From NCBI GenBank assembly GCA_024137785.1, contig JAHRHZ010000111.1:7244409-7308408 (forward strand): 64,000 nt of DNA, in the 5' to 3' direction. The position numbers were made by a program, and so were the translations under genes. Below, piece by piece: positions 26,780 to 41,280 of this stretch (position 1 is its first letter; each line of letters opens with the position of its first letter). The notes beneath the pieces are model-generated. The model had not been told where the DNA came from. It ran no database searches and was given only the letters and a program-made list of their open reading frames with translations. Source of the stretch: Ginglymostoma cirratum. Taxonomy: Eukaryota.

Positions 26780-28253
26780 ATTTCACTCTCTGGAGTTCAA
26801 ATTCTTCTTTTTTCAGTTTTCTTCCATTTTTTTCTTTCTTGCCAACTCGAATTCTCTTATTTTACATTTATCTTGTTCTTTCTTTCTTCTTTCATGTTTT
26901 TCCATTTATTTCTCTTTCAGTTGCAACTAAATATTAGCCAGATCTAATTATTTATTATTTTAAAATTGTTTTTCTTTTAATTCTAATCATCCTTACAACA
27001 CTTTGTTTTTAATGCTACCTTCAATTTATTCTCTAACTCACACAATTCAGACCTAGTCAAAGACTTCCAATAATCAACTGTTGCTAGGACTTGGAGACTA
27101 GAAAACAGTCAAAACCACCTTAAAATTCCAGATGTATAATTTACTTCAGAGTAATTCTGGCTCCATATGCAATGGCTTCGAGTACTTATCACATTGAAGG
27201 ATTCACAGATCCTTCAAAGTCAAATGTTTACTGATCCCAAACAAGCTCCCATTTTGTTATGACCCCACTGATGTTAATAACAGACAAGTCTGATCTCAGA
27301 GCGAAGCTGAGCTTTACAGATCCAAACTTTGCTTTTTCTCTGTACCATGGAGGTGAGTTACTGAATACTTTCACAAGTCTTTTAACACAAAGTACAAAAT
27401 ACTTATTAAAACAAGAAAAAAAATTAAGTATATGGACAAAAAGGTTGGAAAATAGTATTTACAAATACCAGAAAAAGATCCAACTTCACGATACTCCTTT
27501 TATCCCAACAATATCCTTACAAACACCAGTGAAGATTTCTACCTTCACAGTAAGATTTCACAAGCTGGAATAGCTACACCCAGTTTCATTCTGATGAATT
27601 TCTGTGCCTCCAGCGGAAGCTATTTTTCTTCAGCTGGTATCTTTCCCTGAGACACCCAAAACAGTCAACAAGCTAAACTATCATTTGAACTTCAGAGAAA
27701 ACATGAGCTCCCTAAACTCAGGTTCCAACAGTTTTGTAGAATTCTTACAAAAGAGTTTAACACTCCTGCTTCCCTTCTCTAACATACTATATACACTGAC
27801 TGACTCCCTTTGAGATTTTTCTGTGGCTGTATTTGCTATTCCTGAGTCACTGAGCAACAGCAGCATTTTTGAAATGCATTTTTGCTGCCTTTTTTGCCTT
27901 CAATATTCCAAACTACTAAGGTATTTTCACTTCAAGGTGAGTAAAACATCAATGAAAATAAATGTAAACAAATAATCCTTTGGAATCTATTGCACTGGCA
28001 GATACGGCTCAGCATAGTCGAATAGATTCTTCCCTGGGTACTGATGAAATCAGTCAGGATACTTGGATTATAGAGGCTTTTCTCTAAGAAAAATATTTCA
28101 GAGAGCAGCTTCTCAACCTCATTGGATTTACCACACAGAAAACACCACTAATTTCACAAACCTAGCTTCCAGGTAGTAATCTCTCCACACATGACACTAT
28201 GTACCAGAGCTCCCTGGTCAATGACCTGATGGGTACCCACCTTCAACATAACA
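26780..28253 (-). mobile_element. Decayed Gypsy element: LTR, tRNA-Pro-like PBS and gag N-terminus relic
   Basis: LTR 27255-28253 with TGTTATG...CATAACA termini. Adjacent PBS at 27234-27251 reads TGGGAGCTTGTTTGGGAT, 14/18 to the tRNA-Pro PBS TGGGGGCTCGTCCGGGAT. Downstream are broken K/E-rich gag-like frames (SLTRSELCELENKLK). Confidence 0.6.
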
Positions 28254-29777
28254 CAAGAAGCTATACAAGAGGAAGTTGCAAGCAACTCTAAAATCTAACA
28301 CTTAAAAGTTTAGCACCATGCAGCAAATCCACTCACCCCCAAAGACTTCATCCAGGTCCACAACCTTTTGGCAAAAGACAGATGTCGTTAAGTTGCTTCA
28401 CGCCCCAGGAGGTAAAACTCTTGGAGTTTCCTCCACCCAGCCTTTTTGTAGCATCATTCACAAGAAACAAAGAAAGTCTTGCTGCTGCGTGTTTAGGATC
28501 TTCAAATTATCTCAGTTGGGCACTCCCACCAATTAACAGAAATTTTTCTCCAGGCATGAATTGAGGCAAAGTATTGGTAGGTAGGTAATTTCAAGGAGGG
28601 TATGGGATAAAGATGATATCACATAGAACATTCCACCAAGGTCATTCAGCTCCTGCCCTTATTATAGTCTTCGCCCAAATCTGGACAAATAACCAAATGC
28701 CAGAGGAAAGACAAAAATCTACAGGTCACAGAAGCTATCAAAAAATTTCCGTCTGTTTTAAGTACAGTAAGTTAAGTTGGATTCATTTGATACATCATAA
28801 ATGTTCGAGATCTGAAATAAAAGCAAAACTGGAAATACATAGCAGGTCATTGTGCATCTTTGAAAAAATAGATAATTAATATTTCGGCCTAATTTTTCAA
28901 ACCCTATGATGAATATATATCAAGTAAATCATTATCTTCATTTGGTCACAATGTGGGCTGCCAAGTGAAAGGAAGAGAGAGGAAATCTCGCTGGTGGTGG
29001 ACAGGGGCATCTATTCATTTTATTACACAAAAGTAACAGGCAGGAAAAAGGCAAAATCAACTGGAATAAGCCAAGCCAAAAAAAAAAACCCTCAAACCTA
29101 AAGGGAAAAAGAAACAAGCCCAAAAATTCCTCTCTGCCTTTCCTTGAATTACCTTCGAGAAGATGGTGGGATGAGCCACCCAAAATCTTGAAATGCTACT
29201 CTTAATCACACACCATCTTGACCGTTTTACTTGTTGTGCCCAGATTAAAATCCTGGGGCTTCCTTCCTCAATTACTGTGGGTATACTTGCACAATGTGGA
29301 TGCCAGTAGTTCAAAAGGCAGCTGTGAAAGACGGTTAGGGCTGGGCAACAAACACTAACCCTGCCAGCAACATCCACATCTCAAACAAATAATAATTAAG
29401 TGTGTGTTGGGATAACACTTGGTGCCTATGTGATTTTTCTCCATTGGTTTCAACAACCAAGGGGAATGTATCGGACAGCAATCTTCAGAACTGTTTCTTT
29501 ATTCATATAGGTTTTATTCCTTTTGCACCCTCTTGTTGATTCCAAGGTTCTGGTTCAAACGGTGGGAAAAAAAAAGAATTCATCCATGATGGTCCAGATG
29601 GCCATTATTATTATTGCTTATTATTTTTGTGTGCAGCAGGTTCCTCTGCGCACCTCCTGCTTTGCACCCCACCCCTCAACAAACACCCAGGTTTCTTCTC
29701 CTCCCTTCAGCTCAGTATGCCATATAATGGCCCAACAAAAATTACAATTAGAAATAAAATGCCAGAAAAAAAGATAC

Positions 29778-29889
29778 CTGGTACTTTAAGCCACCCATCA
29801 ACACATCTTCTTGCTTCTTCAGTTGCAGGTTGTCCTTGAATGAATTCCAACTCTTGCATGCCGTGAGCATGCTGTGAATCCACCTTCTC
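29778..29889 (-). CDS. ZNF451: ZNF451 exon 5
   Basis: tttgcag|gag...cag|gtatct, 112 bp. Translates EKVDSQHAHGMQELEFIQGQPATEEARRCVDGWLKVP(G). Confidence 0.95.
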
Positions 29890-30699
29890 CTGCAAAAACA
29901 CACAATATTAGAACCTAAGAGACAAATTCATCAATAATAGCCAACAACCTGGATCAACAACGCAGGTGACAATGAAGCATATCCAATAAAATGACGGTTC
30001 TGAGGAATTCAGTGATCCAGAAATTCTCCTACTAAATAAATATTTAAATTGTATGCAATACTACTTAAATTTATGGAAAGTTGTAGTCTAGAGAGACTTC
30101 ATTTGATAACACATGATGGTAGGTGTTGAGGGAATGTTACCCCTCACTGGAGAATCTAGAAACAGGGAACTAGGGTTCAAAAACAGGGCCTCCTGAGATG
30201 GACATAAGGGGGGATTTATTCTCTCAGTGGGTCATTAATCTTCTCAATTCTCTTCCTCAGAGAGCACTGGAGGTGGGATCAATGAGTAGATTCAAGTCCA
30301 AGGTAAACAGATTTTTGAGCTACAAAGGGGTCAGACGTTACTGGGGAGGGGTGCATACAGGCAGCAAAACAGAATTAAGGCCACTATTAGATCAAGCATG
30401 ATCTGTGTTCCCACATTCACATTTACCTTCATTTTGAAGAAAGCAGACTCAGCAGTCTGTGCAGAATTATGATCTCCATTTTATGAACAGGAAAAACGGA
30501 AAAGTACAACAATTCACAAGATCTTTGCCACAACTGGAGGATATAATGGTGAAAAGAAGCCAAATATCCTGGGACCAGGACTAGAATTTATTGCCTCTAA
30601 AATATTAAGCTACTTGTCCACTATCTAGTGCTGAATAAACACAAACTTCCTCCACTGAAGTTTGGGAAGGTTGAAGTCATTTCCTTCAGTCCCTGACAC

Positions 30700-31090
30700 A
30701 GACTCTGCTCTCTCCCTGGCGACTGTCTGAAGCTGAATCAGACTGTCAGCAATCTAGGTGTCATGTTGGACCCTGCAATGAGTTGGTCACCACATTATCA
30801 AGGTTTCCACCCTCCACCTCAGGACTCTCACCCGACTCTGCCTTGCCTTAGCTCATGTGCTGCTAGATCCCATAATTCCTGTCTTTGTTGCCTCCAGACT
30901 TTGCTATTCAAATGCACCGCAGGCCGAGGTCCCATGTTCCGCTGTTCATAAACTTGAGCATGTGTGAAGGAATGCTGCCCGTGTCCTAACTCACACCAAG
31001 TCTAAGTCCCACTTGAGTTAAGTAACAGCTCAGTATTAAAATCCACGCACCCTGGTTTCCAAATCCTTTCGGAGCCTCGTCTCTGCCTGC
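30700..31090 (+). mobile_element. Decayed L2 LINE RT C-terminal fragment
   Basis: VSNLGVMLD, SRLCYSNA and NAARVLTHTK motifs, typical of L2. Confidence 0.65.
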
Positions 31091-32869
31091 AATTGTAATA
31101 TCAACCTCACCATCAAGAAAGATGTTAAAAATCAAGTGGTCCAGTCATAAACTACAAGTTGTTTTTCCAAACATAAACCAAGGAAGAAAAGCCAGATGCA
31201 TAATCGGCAGAAGGAAATATACATCTCCCTGTAATTACTCGTCCAATATTATACAGCATATTAACTAATGCGTTAATTTGACAGCCAGGAAAAACACGAA
31301 AGCACTACATAAATCCAGATACTATTCAACAAATAAAAGGGCTTGACAAGGAAATTGCACTGAACTGCAGTCAGGAGGGAGAAGGTCAGCTTCTCCTTAA
31401 CAGGTGGTTCACATTCTAACAGAATATTCGATCATGTCACCTCACTAAATAATCTTCAAAATTAGTACAAGATTAGACTCGTGAATTTTTCAATCACGTT
31501 CTCCTGTAAAATACAAGCAATTTGTCAAAAAAAAAACAAAGCCTACCCAAAGTTTTACACATTTCACGATGCAGCTAAAAGCTACCCAAATTAACCAAGC
31601 AACAGCTGGAGTCAAATCATTAAGTTAACAAGAGCCTACTTCTAACATGGTATGATCATCATTCAGGGTCAAATACAGGGGTTCCATGAGATTTTGTTGC
31701 TAGCCACATTACAAAAACTCAAGTCAACGAACATGTCAATTGCCACTAGTGGTTATGCGACCAAGAGCTGAGGGAGGATATTTCAACAGAATGCACAATT
31801 GGCTGAAGTTGTAAATGTTATGGCCTTCAGTCAAGTATGTCTTACCAGCAGAGGTTCTCAAAATATTTTCCGTTAGAGAGCCCATTTCAAAAGACTGATA
31901 TTTAACTATTTCCCATCAGAATTAAACTGCAAAGTACTTACAAGACAATGTGCTGCATGTAAACAGTGCTTTAACAATGCTTTCAAAGAAAACATTGTAA
32001 CTGTTACCCTTTCACAAACAGAGCTGGTTTTGGCACAAAGGAGGCAATTAGTCTATGCCATCCCTCTGTACAGCAAACCAATAAGTCTTATTCTGCTGCT
32101 TTATCCCCATAAGCCTGCAAGTTTACTTCAGTGAGACTGTCTCAAGCTATATAGACAACAAAGAGGCAACTGCAGATACGCTAACATCCCCTGATGCATC
32201 AAATGGATTGCTTTTAAACAGGGTTAAAGACTCGAAACAGTGCAGAGCTGGAGGAACACAGCAGGTCAGGCAGCATCAGAGAAGTAAGAAAGTTGAGGTT
32301 TCGGGCCTAGACCCTTGAAGACTGCTTGTTTTTTGACATGCAGTCATCATCAGTTGATAGATTTTATCCAATACAAGCTGCTATTGGCCAAATGACTAAA
32401 ACAGCAATTGTGTTGTATTAACAGGCTCAAATCAAAGTATTTCAATTTAAAAAAGTTACTGCTTAATAAAGAATATTTTTCTTCAATTCTATTCCAGAGT
32501 ATTCACGTGACACAAGAATATATGCCTGTTCAAACCCAGTCTGGGTCCTTAGCACAATTTAATAATTCAAGGAATTTAGACTGCTGCAACACTTAGGAGG
32601 ATTTAAGCAAGTCAAACTGACAGCATTTCAGTAATTTCAAGAATCAAATTAAGAGATTAATACAAACAGAAAATGCTGGAAATGCTCAGCAGGACTAGTA
32701 CAGCAGTTACTCACTGAATGCACCCAAAAATCACAGCAAAAGGTGGCCTCCAACCTCCCCTCCCTCCTGAACCAGGCCGCTCATAAGCACAAAATGTTCA
32801 AGAACATCAGTAGAGACCTTAATCAGCTACGAGCACAGAAATAACATTGACAAAGTGACAGCACTTGAC

Positions 32870-35800
32870 CATAACGAATAGGAAGAGAGTAGGCGATTCA
32901 GCCCCTCAAGCCTGCTTCTGCCACCTTTCAGTAGGATTATGGCTGATCTGATATTCCTTACATCCATTTTCCTGCCTTTTGCACCCGATTACTGCCTCAA
33001 TTCCCTCACTAACCAAAAATCAATCTATCTCAGCATTTAATATACACAAGGACCCTGCCCACAGCTCTCTGTGGCCAGAAGTTCCAACCCTCAGAAGAAA
33101 TTCCTCCTCGTCTCAGTCTTAAATTGACACCCCTGTATTCTGAAACTATGCCCTATCGCTCGAGACTCTCCCAAGTGGGGAAACATCCTCTCAGCATTTA
33201 CTCTGTCAAGTCTCTTAATAATACGCACGGGCGGCACGGTGGCACAGTGGTTAGCACTGCTGCCTCACAGCACCAGAGACCCGGGTTTGATTCCAGCCTC
33301 GGGCGACTGTCTGTGTGGAATTTGCACATTCTCCCCATGTTTGCGTGGGTTTCCTCCGGGCGCTCCGGTTTCCCCCACAGTCCAAACATGTGCAGGTTAG
33401 GTTGATTGGCCATGCTAAATTGCCCATAGTGTTCAGGGAGGTGTAGATTAGGTGGGTTGTAGGGGATATGTGTGGGTGGGATGCTCTGAGGTTCGGTGTG
33501 GACTTGTTGGGCTGAAGGGCCTGTTTCCACACTGTAGGGATTCTAAAAAGAATACCCTTTGTTTCACTGAGGTAACCTCTCAGTCTTCTAAACTCCAATG
33601 AGCAGAGTCTCAACCCGTTTAGCCCTTGTTCATAAGGCACTTGTTCCAAATCAGGAATCATCCTAGTGAGCTTTCTCTAAAATACTTCCAATGAAACAAT
33701 ATCTTTCTTTAAATACGGGGACCAAAACTGCTCATAATACTCCACATGTGGTCTCACCATTACCTTGTACAGTTGTAATAAATCCTCTCAACTATTTTTT
33801 TTAAATCTTTGTTTCTAATCAACCTGTTCGGAGATGTTGTTATGGACTTCTGGAGCAAGTGGGACTTGAACCTAGGCATTCTGGTCCAGGGATAGGGACC
33901 GGTCCCCAAAAGCCCTCAAAATTCTCTCTTTCCTCACCTTTTTTTGTCTACAGTGACACTGAAAATTAAGATACCTTTGTGAATAGAGTTTGTAAATTTT
34001 TTTCCTCCACCATCAGGAAAATACCCATGTGGCCAATTGAATATTTGCAAACAAAGCCTGTTAAGGGCATTGCTAACATCAAAAAGTTGGGGGGGGGGGG
34101 GGGGGGGTCGATAAAGACAGGAAGAGGGGATTTCTAACTCATACTCCAACCCCCTTGAAATAAGGGCCAACGTACCATTAGCCTTCCCGATTACCTGCTA
34201 CATGTGTGTGCTAGCTTTGTGTTACATGCACATGTACTCAGAGTCTTTGTGTTGCAGCTTTCTGTAGTTTTTCTCCGTTTAAATAATATTGTTCTTTTGT
34301 TTTCCCTTCCAAAATGAACCAGCTCACATTTTCCCACGTTATACCTCATTTGGCAATGTCTGTCCACTATCAATATCTCTCTATAAACTGTTTGTATCCC
34401 TCTCACAACCTGAGAGATATTGGTGTTACCTGCATATCTATCTACAGTACATTTGCTTCCTTCCTTGATTCATTAATACATATTGCAAAACTGTTGCTGT
34501 CCCAGCACTGATTCCTATGGAACCCCATTGGTTACAGGTTACAAATCTGAAAAAGGACGCTTTACCCGCATTGGCTGTTTCTGGCCCATTATCCAATTCT
34601 CTATCCAAACTCATATACTACCTCCAACACCATAGGTTCTTATCTGATGACTTAACCATTGTGAGGTACTTTGTTGAATGCTTTCTGGAAGTTCAAATAC
34701 AACACATCTACTGTTTCTCCTCTATCAAATCTAGTTGAGATTGCCTCAAAAAAACTCTCAAAATTAGTCAGACAATTTCCTTTTCATGAAGCTATGCTAA
34801 CTCTGCTTGATTAGATTATGATTTTCAAAATGTGCTGTTTGCTATTGTTTATTGGAATTGAAGTACTCAGCTAGTCAGCATAGATATCTGCTTTTTGCCT
34901 CCTTCCTTTTTTTGAATAGAGATGTCACATTGACCATTTTCCAATCCCCCATTACTTTTCTTGAAACATTACAACCAATGCATCCACAGTCTGTAGCTAC
35001 TTCTTTTGGGATCCTCGGATACAGGTCATCAGGGCCAGGGGACTTATCTGCATTTAGCCTCATTAGTTTGTATAATACTACTGCTCGCGTGACAGTGACA
35101 GTACTTAATCCCTCCCTCATATTCTTCAGTATTAATGGGGTGTTTGGAGTATCATTCACCATAAAGACTGATACAAAATACCTGTGCAACTCCTCTGCTA
35201 TTTCCTTGTTCCACACATCTATCTCCTGGGATTCATTTTCTAACAGGCCTATGTTCAATTTGACCTTTCTTTTCCTTTTTATATATTTAAAAAATAGTTT
35301 CATATTCTATTATCTTTTTAGTCCTCCTTTGCTGGATTCTGAATATATCCCAGTCTTTGGGATCCTTACAATCATTACTGTCCTCGGTTAGCCATGGTTG
35401 ATTTATCCCTGTGAAAATCTTCCCTCCTTACTGAGATGTATCTTTGTCGAGGGTTACAAATTATCTCCTTAAATGCCTGCCACTGCTTGCATACTGTCTT
35501 TCCTGCTCATCTGTTTGCCCAGTCCACTTCAGTTAACTCTATCCTCATTTCACTGTAATGCCCTTTAAGTTCAACACAGTTGTTTCAGACCCAAGTTTCT
35601 CACATTCAAACTCAATATTAAATTCAGTCATGTTATAATTACTACCACCTAGGGGATCTTTTAATTGGAGGTCATTTATTAATGCCTATTTACTCATTAC
35701 CTATTACCAGGGTAGCCTTTTCCCTGGCTGGTTCCATGAAATTCTGCTCTAGGAAACTAGTCCGAATGCACTCTATGAATTTATTTTTGTAGCTGCCCTC

Positions 35801-36960
35801 TCCAACTTAATTGGTCCAATCAATGTGAAGATTTAAGTCGCCCATAATTATTGCTCTATCCTTTTCACATGCTCCTATTATTTGTGGATTTATTCACTTT
35901 CCTACAATGTGGCTACAGTTGGGGTCTATAAGTCATTCCAACCAATGAATTCATTTCTTGGCTGGTATTTACTTCCACACATATGGACTCTGCATCATTC
36001 AAGTCTAGAACACTTCTCACAAGAATCCTCACTGCACCCCTTTTTAATAGCACTATTCCACCACCTTTTCCTTTCCTCCCGTCTTTTCAAAAGGTCAAAT
36101 ATCCCTGAATGTTAAGTACCCAGTTCCGATCTTCTTGTAACCATGTCTCCAAAATGGAGATGGGATCATGTCCATTTACTGCAATTTGAATCGTTCGTCC
36201 ATCTATGTTATTCAGAATGCTTTGTGCCAGTACACAAAGACTGCCTCTTGGCTGACCTTTTCACTATCTTTAATCATCCTAACCTCTATTTGTACTGTGA
36301 ACCCACATGCCTGTTGCCTTTGATTACCCTGTCGACTTTTCCTTTTTATTGCTATCCTTACTTCTCTTTCCCTAGTCACCCTGCTTAGGCTACCCCTATC
36401 GCCATTCTAGTTTATACCCGCCATAATCAGACTAGCAAATACATGCCCTGGAACATCAGTCCTGGTACTGCTCAGTTGTAACCTGTCCAGTTTGTACTGA
36501 TCCCACCTCTGCCAAAACCAATTCCAACATCCCTGGAATCTGAAACCCTCCCCCTTGTACCATCTTTCCCTCATGCATTCACGTGTCCTGCTATTTCTAC
36601 GCTGATTAGCACATGACTTTGGTAGCAATCCTAGCACTACAAACTCCTACTTTTCAACTTACCTCCTAACTCCCTATATTCTGCTTTTAGGACCTTGTCT
36701 CTTTTTTTAACCGATGTCTTTGGTACTGATGTGTACCACATCCACTGGCTGTTCACCCCAATAATGTCTCGTAACCGTTCAGAGACATCATCAACCCTAT
36801 CGCCATGCAGGCAACCCTGGAGTCTCATTTGTGGCCACAGAAATGCTAATTTATTCCCCTTACAATTGAATCCCCTGTAATTATTTCACTCCCACACTTT
36901 CTCCTCCTCTCCCATACAGCAGAGCCAACCACGGTGTAACAAATTTGGCTATTACTGGCT
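32870..36960 (-). mobile_element. Long decayed CR1 LINE (ORF1 esterase-like part, ORF2, 3' UTR) with nested SINEs
   Basis: ORF1 remnants (VDDVSERL, KRDKVLKAEYRELGGKLKSR, EGFRF) at 36400-36830 and ORF2 remnants (KSPGPDDLYPRIPKEVA, WKMVNVTSLFKK) at 34875-35303; 3' UTR near 32870. Confidence 0.8.
33229..33545 (+). mobile_element. HE1-like V-SINE, apparently full length
   Basis: tRNA-like head ggcggcacggtggcacagtggttagcactgctgcctcacag, V-domain gtgtggaatttgcacattctcccc...ccacagtccaaa, and CR1-like tail gggcctgtttccacactgta. Confidence 0.85.
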
Positions 36961-36988
36961 TGCTTTATTATTATCCCCACTTGTGTTC

Positions 36989-37014
36989 ACACAGACACAG
37001 ACACAGACACAGAC
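36989..37014. repeat. (ACACAG)n microsatellite
   Basis: About 4 tandem acacag units next to the 5' end of the long CR1. Confidence 0.7.
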
Positions 37015-39184
37015 AATAAGTTTCATTTTTGCAATTTGTTTACTGTGAGTGACCAGTGACTAAACTCACAAGAAGCTTCCAATGTACTTCTAACAAAAAG
37101 TTTATTACACACAAGGAGAGAAAGGTTTAACACAGTGCAAGAACTATTTGAAACAGTCTTATTACAAATAACAGAAATAAAAAGATTCAACCTTACTGAC
37201 CTCAACAACAACCCAAATACTCAAACCTCAGTGAAGGATCATCCTGTTTCCAGTTTAAAGGTTCTTAGTGCATGAGATAACTGCACTTTGTTTCTTTTCA
37301 GCAAACCTCTGCATTCAATTAGATTTTTCTAGTTAATGACTCTTCCTGAGACTCTCAAACAAATGACCAACACAGCTCATTTATTTCTTAACATGGCTTC
37401 TTAAAGCTCCTCTCCAACTGCCTTTTATTTCTGGAGCTTTTCTCCAAGTGACATTAACCCACTCAGGGCTTATTTTCGTCGACACCATATTTGAGACTGT
37501 TAAACCGCGCTGATGTTACAGATCTATTTCTCTCTGAATGTCTTGCTTGTTGCCCTGTCTCCCTGTGTCAGAAGCATCTTGTTGCTGGGATACAGCCCGA
37601 ATTTTTCCCTCTTACCCTTTTTCCGAGGTACTGGATTAGTCACCTCAAAAAGTTTTACAAGTATCATTTAAATGAAAGTCAACACATTTCCAGAAAATCC
37701 TTCACCACTCTCAGAAATTACTCTCCCCTTCTTAACACATATACACACAACACAGAAATGCAAACCAAACATAAAGCTATATACCATTCCGTCCACTTTA
37801 GAAACCAAGTTTCCTGAGAGTAATAATGGTATATCATGAGACAACACTGACTTCAGTCCAGTATGACCTGTCTATCCTACTATTGCAGAGCTGTTGTCCA
37901 GGTAACCTTCAAGAAATGCTTCACCCTTCTCTGCAGGCGAATTTTCAGCAAGAGAGAAAAAACAAATTTGCAAGTCCCAGTAAGGAGTGATGACCAAGGC
38001 ACAGAAGTTGGTAAGTTGGCATTGTTGTAATCTCCTCCAGCCCACAACTCTAAGATCTCTGCACTGATTCTGGCCTATAGAAATCCACAATGTTTTCCAG
38101 AAAAACAAAGCAGTTGCTGTTGGATTGATCAACTGAATTGCTGATGACTGAAATCAATAGATTGAGAGTCAGTTAGCAAGATGACTAAAACAGGTTTCAG
38201 ATTAACACCAATGACAGATTCGATTCCTCTTCTGGCCAGCACAGACATGTGACCTGACTCCTCAGCTGTGAGTGAAGAGCAATGTTAAACCATCACTGAC
38301 AAAACCGTTAATACAAATTATTCAAGATGAACTATCATTGGATAATGGGCCAAGTTTAGCAGTCTGACACAGTGCACATTGAACAATAATCTACTGGTGA
38401 TATGGTACCAAAGAACATGGATAAAAAGGTGGGGAGAACTGCAGTGAAGTACAGACCAGACAGGAACTGACTGAATAGCACAATTGGTTTAATTGGTCTA
38501 ATTTCTATGCAGAAAGAAACAATATTCTTAAAACGTTAAAGGTTTCTCTCACTTCAAATTTGCATCCTTCACTTGCAATCAGTAAATGTACTGAAGGCTG
38601 CTCGTAATATGGAAACATGCTCGATTCATTTTACCCAATTGCTTTCTGGAAATCAATCCAAAAGCAATCACACAGCCAGATCTTTTACCGAATGCACTAA
38701 TTGCATATTTCCAACAGTATAACTGCTGACTCACTGAGCTACTTAAACATACCTCTGCCAAGCAGTTAGCGAAATGTAAAAACAAATAAAGTTATGCATT
38801 TATGCAGCACCTTTCACAATTTCAGGATGTTCCAAAAAAAAATTTAAGCTGTTGTCAATCTTGTAAAGTAGGAAGCAGCCAATTTGAACACAGCAAACTC
38901 CCACAATCAGATAATCATCAGATACTCTGCATTTGATTTTCTTTTGAAGGTTAAGTAGGGGCCAGCACATTGCAGGTAACTCCCCTGCTCTTCTTCAAAA
39001 TCATGCAATGAGACCTTCCATGCTAGTGTTTGTTGTTAAATTTGATCTGGGGTGTCAGCAATTTTGACTAGAAGTGCATTTATTGGTCATCCTTAATCGC
39101 CCTGGAAATGGTGATGGTGAGTTGCCTTCTTCAGTGGCACAGTCCTTGGGCTAAAGGGATACTACTGTGCAGAGCAACTCTAAG

Positions 39185-41280
39185 ACTCAAGAGCAGAAGC
39201 AGGCCATTCAGTGTATTGAGTCCACTCTGCCACTCAATGAGATCATCACTGATCTAAAAATCCTCAACACTTTCCTGCCTTTTTCCCATAACCCTTGATT
39301 CCCTCACTGATCAAAGATCTGTTTATCCCAGCTTTTTATATACTTAAAGATCCAGCCTTGACAGCCCCCTACAATGAAGAATTCCATAGATTCACTAAGC
39401 TGAAGGAAGAAATTCCTCTTCTACATCTTAATTGGATGACCCTTTGTTCTGAGATTACGTCCTCTTGTCCTGGACTCTCCCACACAAAAAGAAACCCTTT
39501 CCAAAACTACACTGTTAAGTCACCTAAGAATCTCATATGTTTTAACAAGGTCCCCTCTTGTCCTCCTAAACTCCAATGAGTACAGGCTGAACCTCCTCAA
39601 GAAACTCCCTCCACACCTGGGATCAACTTTGTGAACTCCAATGCTAGTATATCTTTTCTTAGATTAAGGGACCGTAACTGTCCACAGCATTCCAGCTGCA
39701 GTTTCACTACTGCCTAGTTTGAGCAAGATCTCCCCATTTTTATACTCTATTTCCTTTGAAATACAGGCCAACATTCTCTTTATCTTCCCTATTACCTACC
39801 GAACTTGGATGCAACATTTTGTGATTCATTCACAAAGACTCTCAAATCCCTCTGTTCTGTAGTTTTTTTGCATTCCTTCTGTAAATAATATTCAGCTTTT
39901 CTATTCTTCCTGTCAAAGGATATAACCTCATATTTTCCCAAACTATTTTCCAAGTTTTTGCCCATTCACCAAATCTGTCTATATCCCTCTGCATACTCCG
40001 CATTGGCCTCATCACTTGACTATCTTTGTGTCCTCACTAACTTGGCTATCGTGCATTCACTTTCAAAGTTATTAACATATATTGCAAATAATTGCGACCC
40101 AGCACTGATCCCAGTGAAACTCTCTGGTTATAGGGTGCCATCCTGGAAATGCCCTTCTTATCCCAATACTTTGTCTTCTTTTAGTTAGCCGATCCATTAT
40201 TTATTCAAGTATCCTACCGCCAACAACATCTTATTATGTAGCTTAATATGTGGCATTCTATCAAATATTTTCAGAAAATCCAGATTTATCCCTTTCTCCT
40301 ATATCTACCCTGCTTGTTACTTCCTGAAGAAATTCTAGTAAATTCGTTAGACATTATTTCTACTTCATGACTCTGCATTTATAAATATGTGCTATTACAT
40401 CCTTTAAAACAGACCCCAAAATTTTCCCAATAACAGATGTTAAGCTAACCGGTCTTTAGTTTCACTTTTTTGTCTCTGTAGCTTTTCAAATAAAGATGTC
40501 ACATTGGCAGTTTTCCGATCCTCTGGAACTTTTCCAGAAACTAAAGATTCTCAAAAGATTATCATCAGTGCATTCACCATCTCTAGATACTTCTTTAAAT
40601 ACCCCAGGATGAACCTCATCGGGTCCAGAGGACTGACTGGTCTTTAGCCCCATTGGTTTCCCTAGCAATTTTTCTCTACTGTTAATTGTTGTATTTATTT
40701 CCTGTCCTCTTTTTGCTCCTTGGTTATTTCATATTTTTACGATGCTATCAGTGACTTCTACTGTGAAGGCTGACTCAAAGTATGTATTCAATCTCTTAGC
40801 CATTTCCTGCTCCCCCATTGTAATTTCCACAGCCTCGGTCTCCAAGGGGCCTACGTTAACCGTAGCCTCTCTCTCGCTTTCTTTTTTGGAAAGAAGCTCT
40901 TGCTGTCCATCTTGATACTACCGCTACTTTACCATCAATTGTATACTTATTCCTTTAGGTCCTATCTTGTTGGTTTTTAAATCTTTGCCAGTCCTCTGGC
41001 TTGCCCAATAACCTTCGCCACATTGTATGTTCTTTCCTTGAACTTGATGATATCCTTAACATTGCTGATTTAACCATTAGTTCATCATATTCCTAGAATC
41101 CTTCTGTCACTGAGATACAGTTTTGTTGTGACCCGTGAACAAATTCCTTAAACATCTGCCAATGTTCCTCAACTGTCTTTGCTAATAAACTCCTTTCCCA
41201 ATCCACTCCAGCTCGATCTGCCTCATTGCTGTGTAATTATCCCTTTTTAAGCTTAGCATCATTGTTTCTCTCTCAAGTCT
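39185..41280 (-). mobile_element. Decayed CR1 ORF2 and 3' UTR
   Basis: SSGPDEVHPGVFKEV motif; CR1 3' UTR near 39190. Confidence 0.75.

Noticed and set aside
33229-33300. tRNA-like A/B boxes here and at other SINE heads as true tRNA genes
   Set aside because: They continue directly into SINE bodies, and I see no complete cloverleaf.
37045-37845. Possible solo LTR on the minus strand
   Set aside because: Composition is LTR-like, but I could not define matching termini or a TSD.
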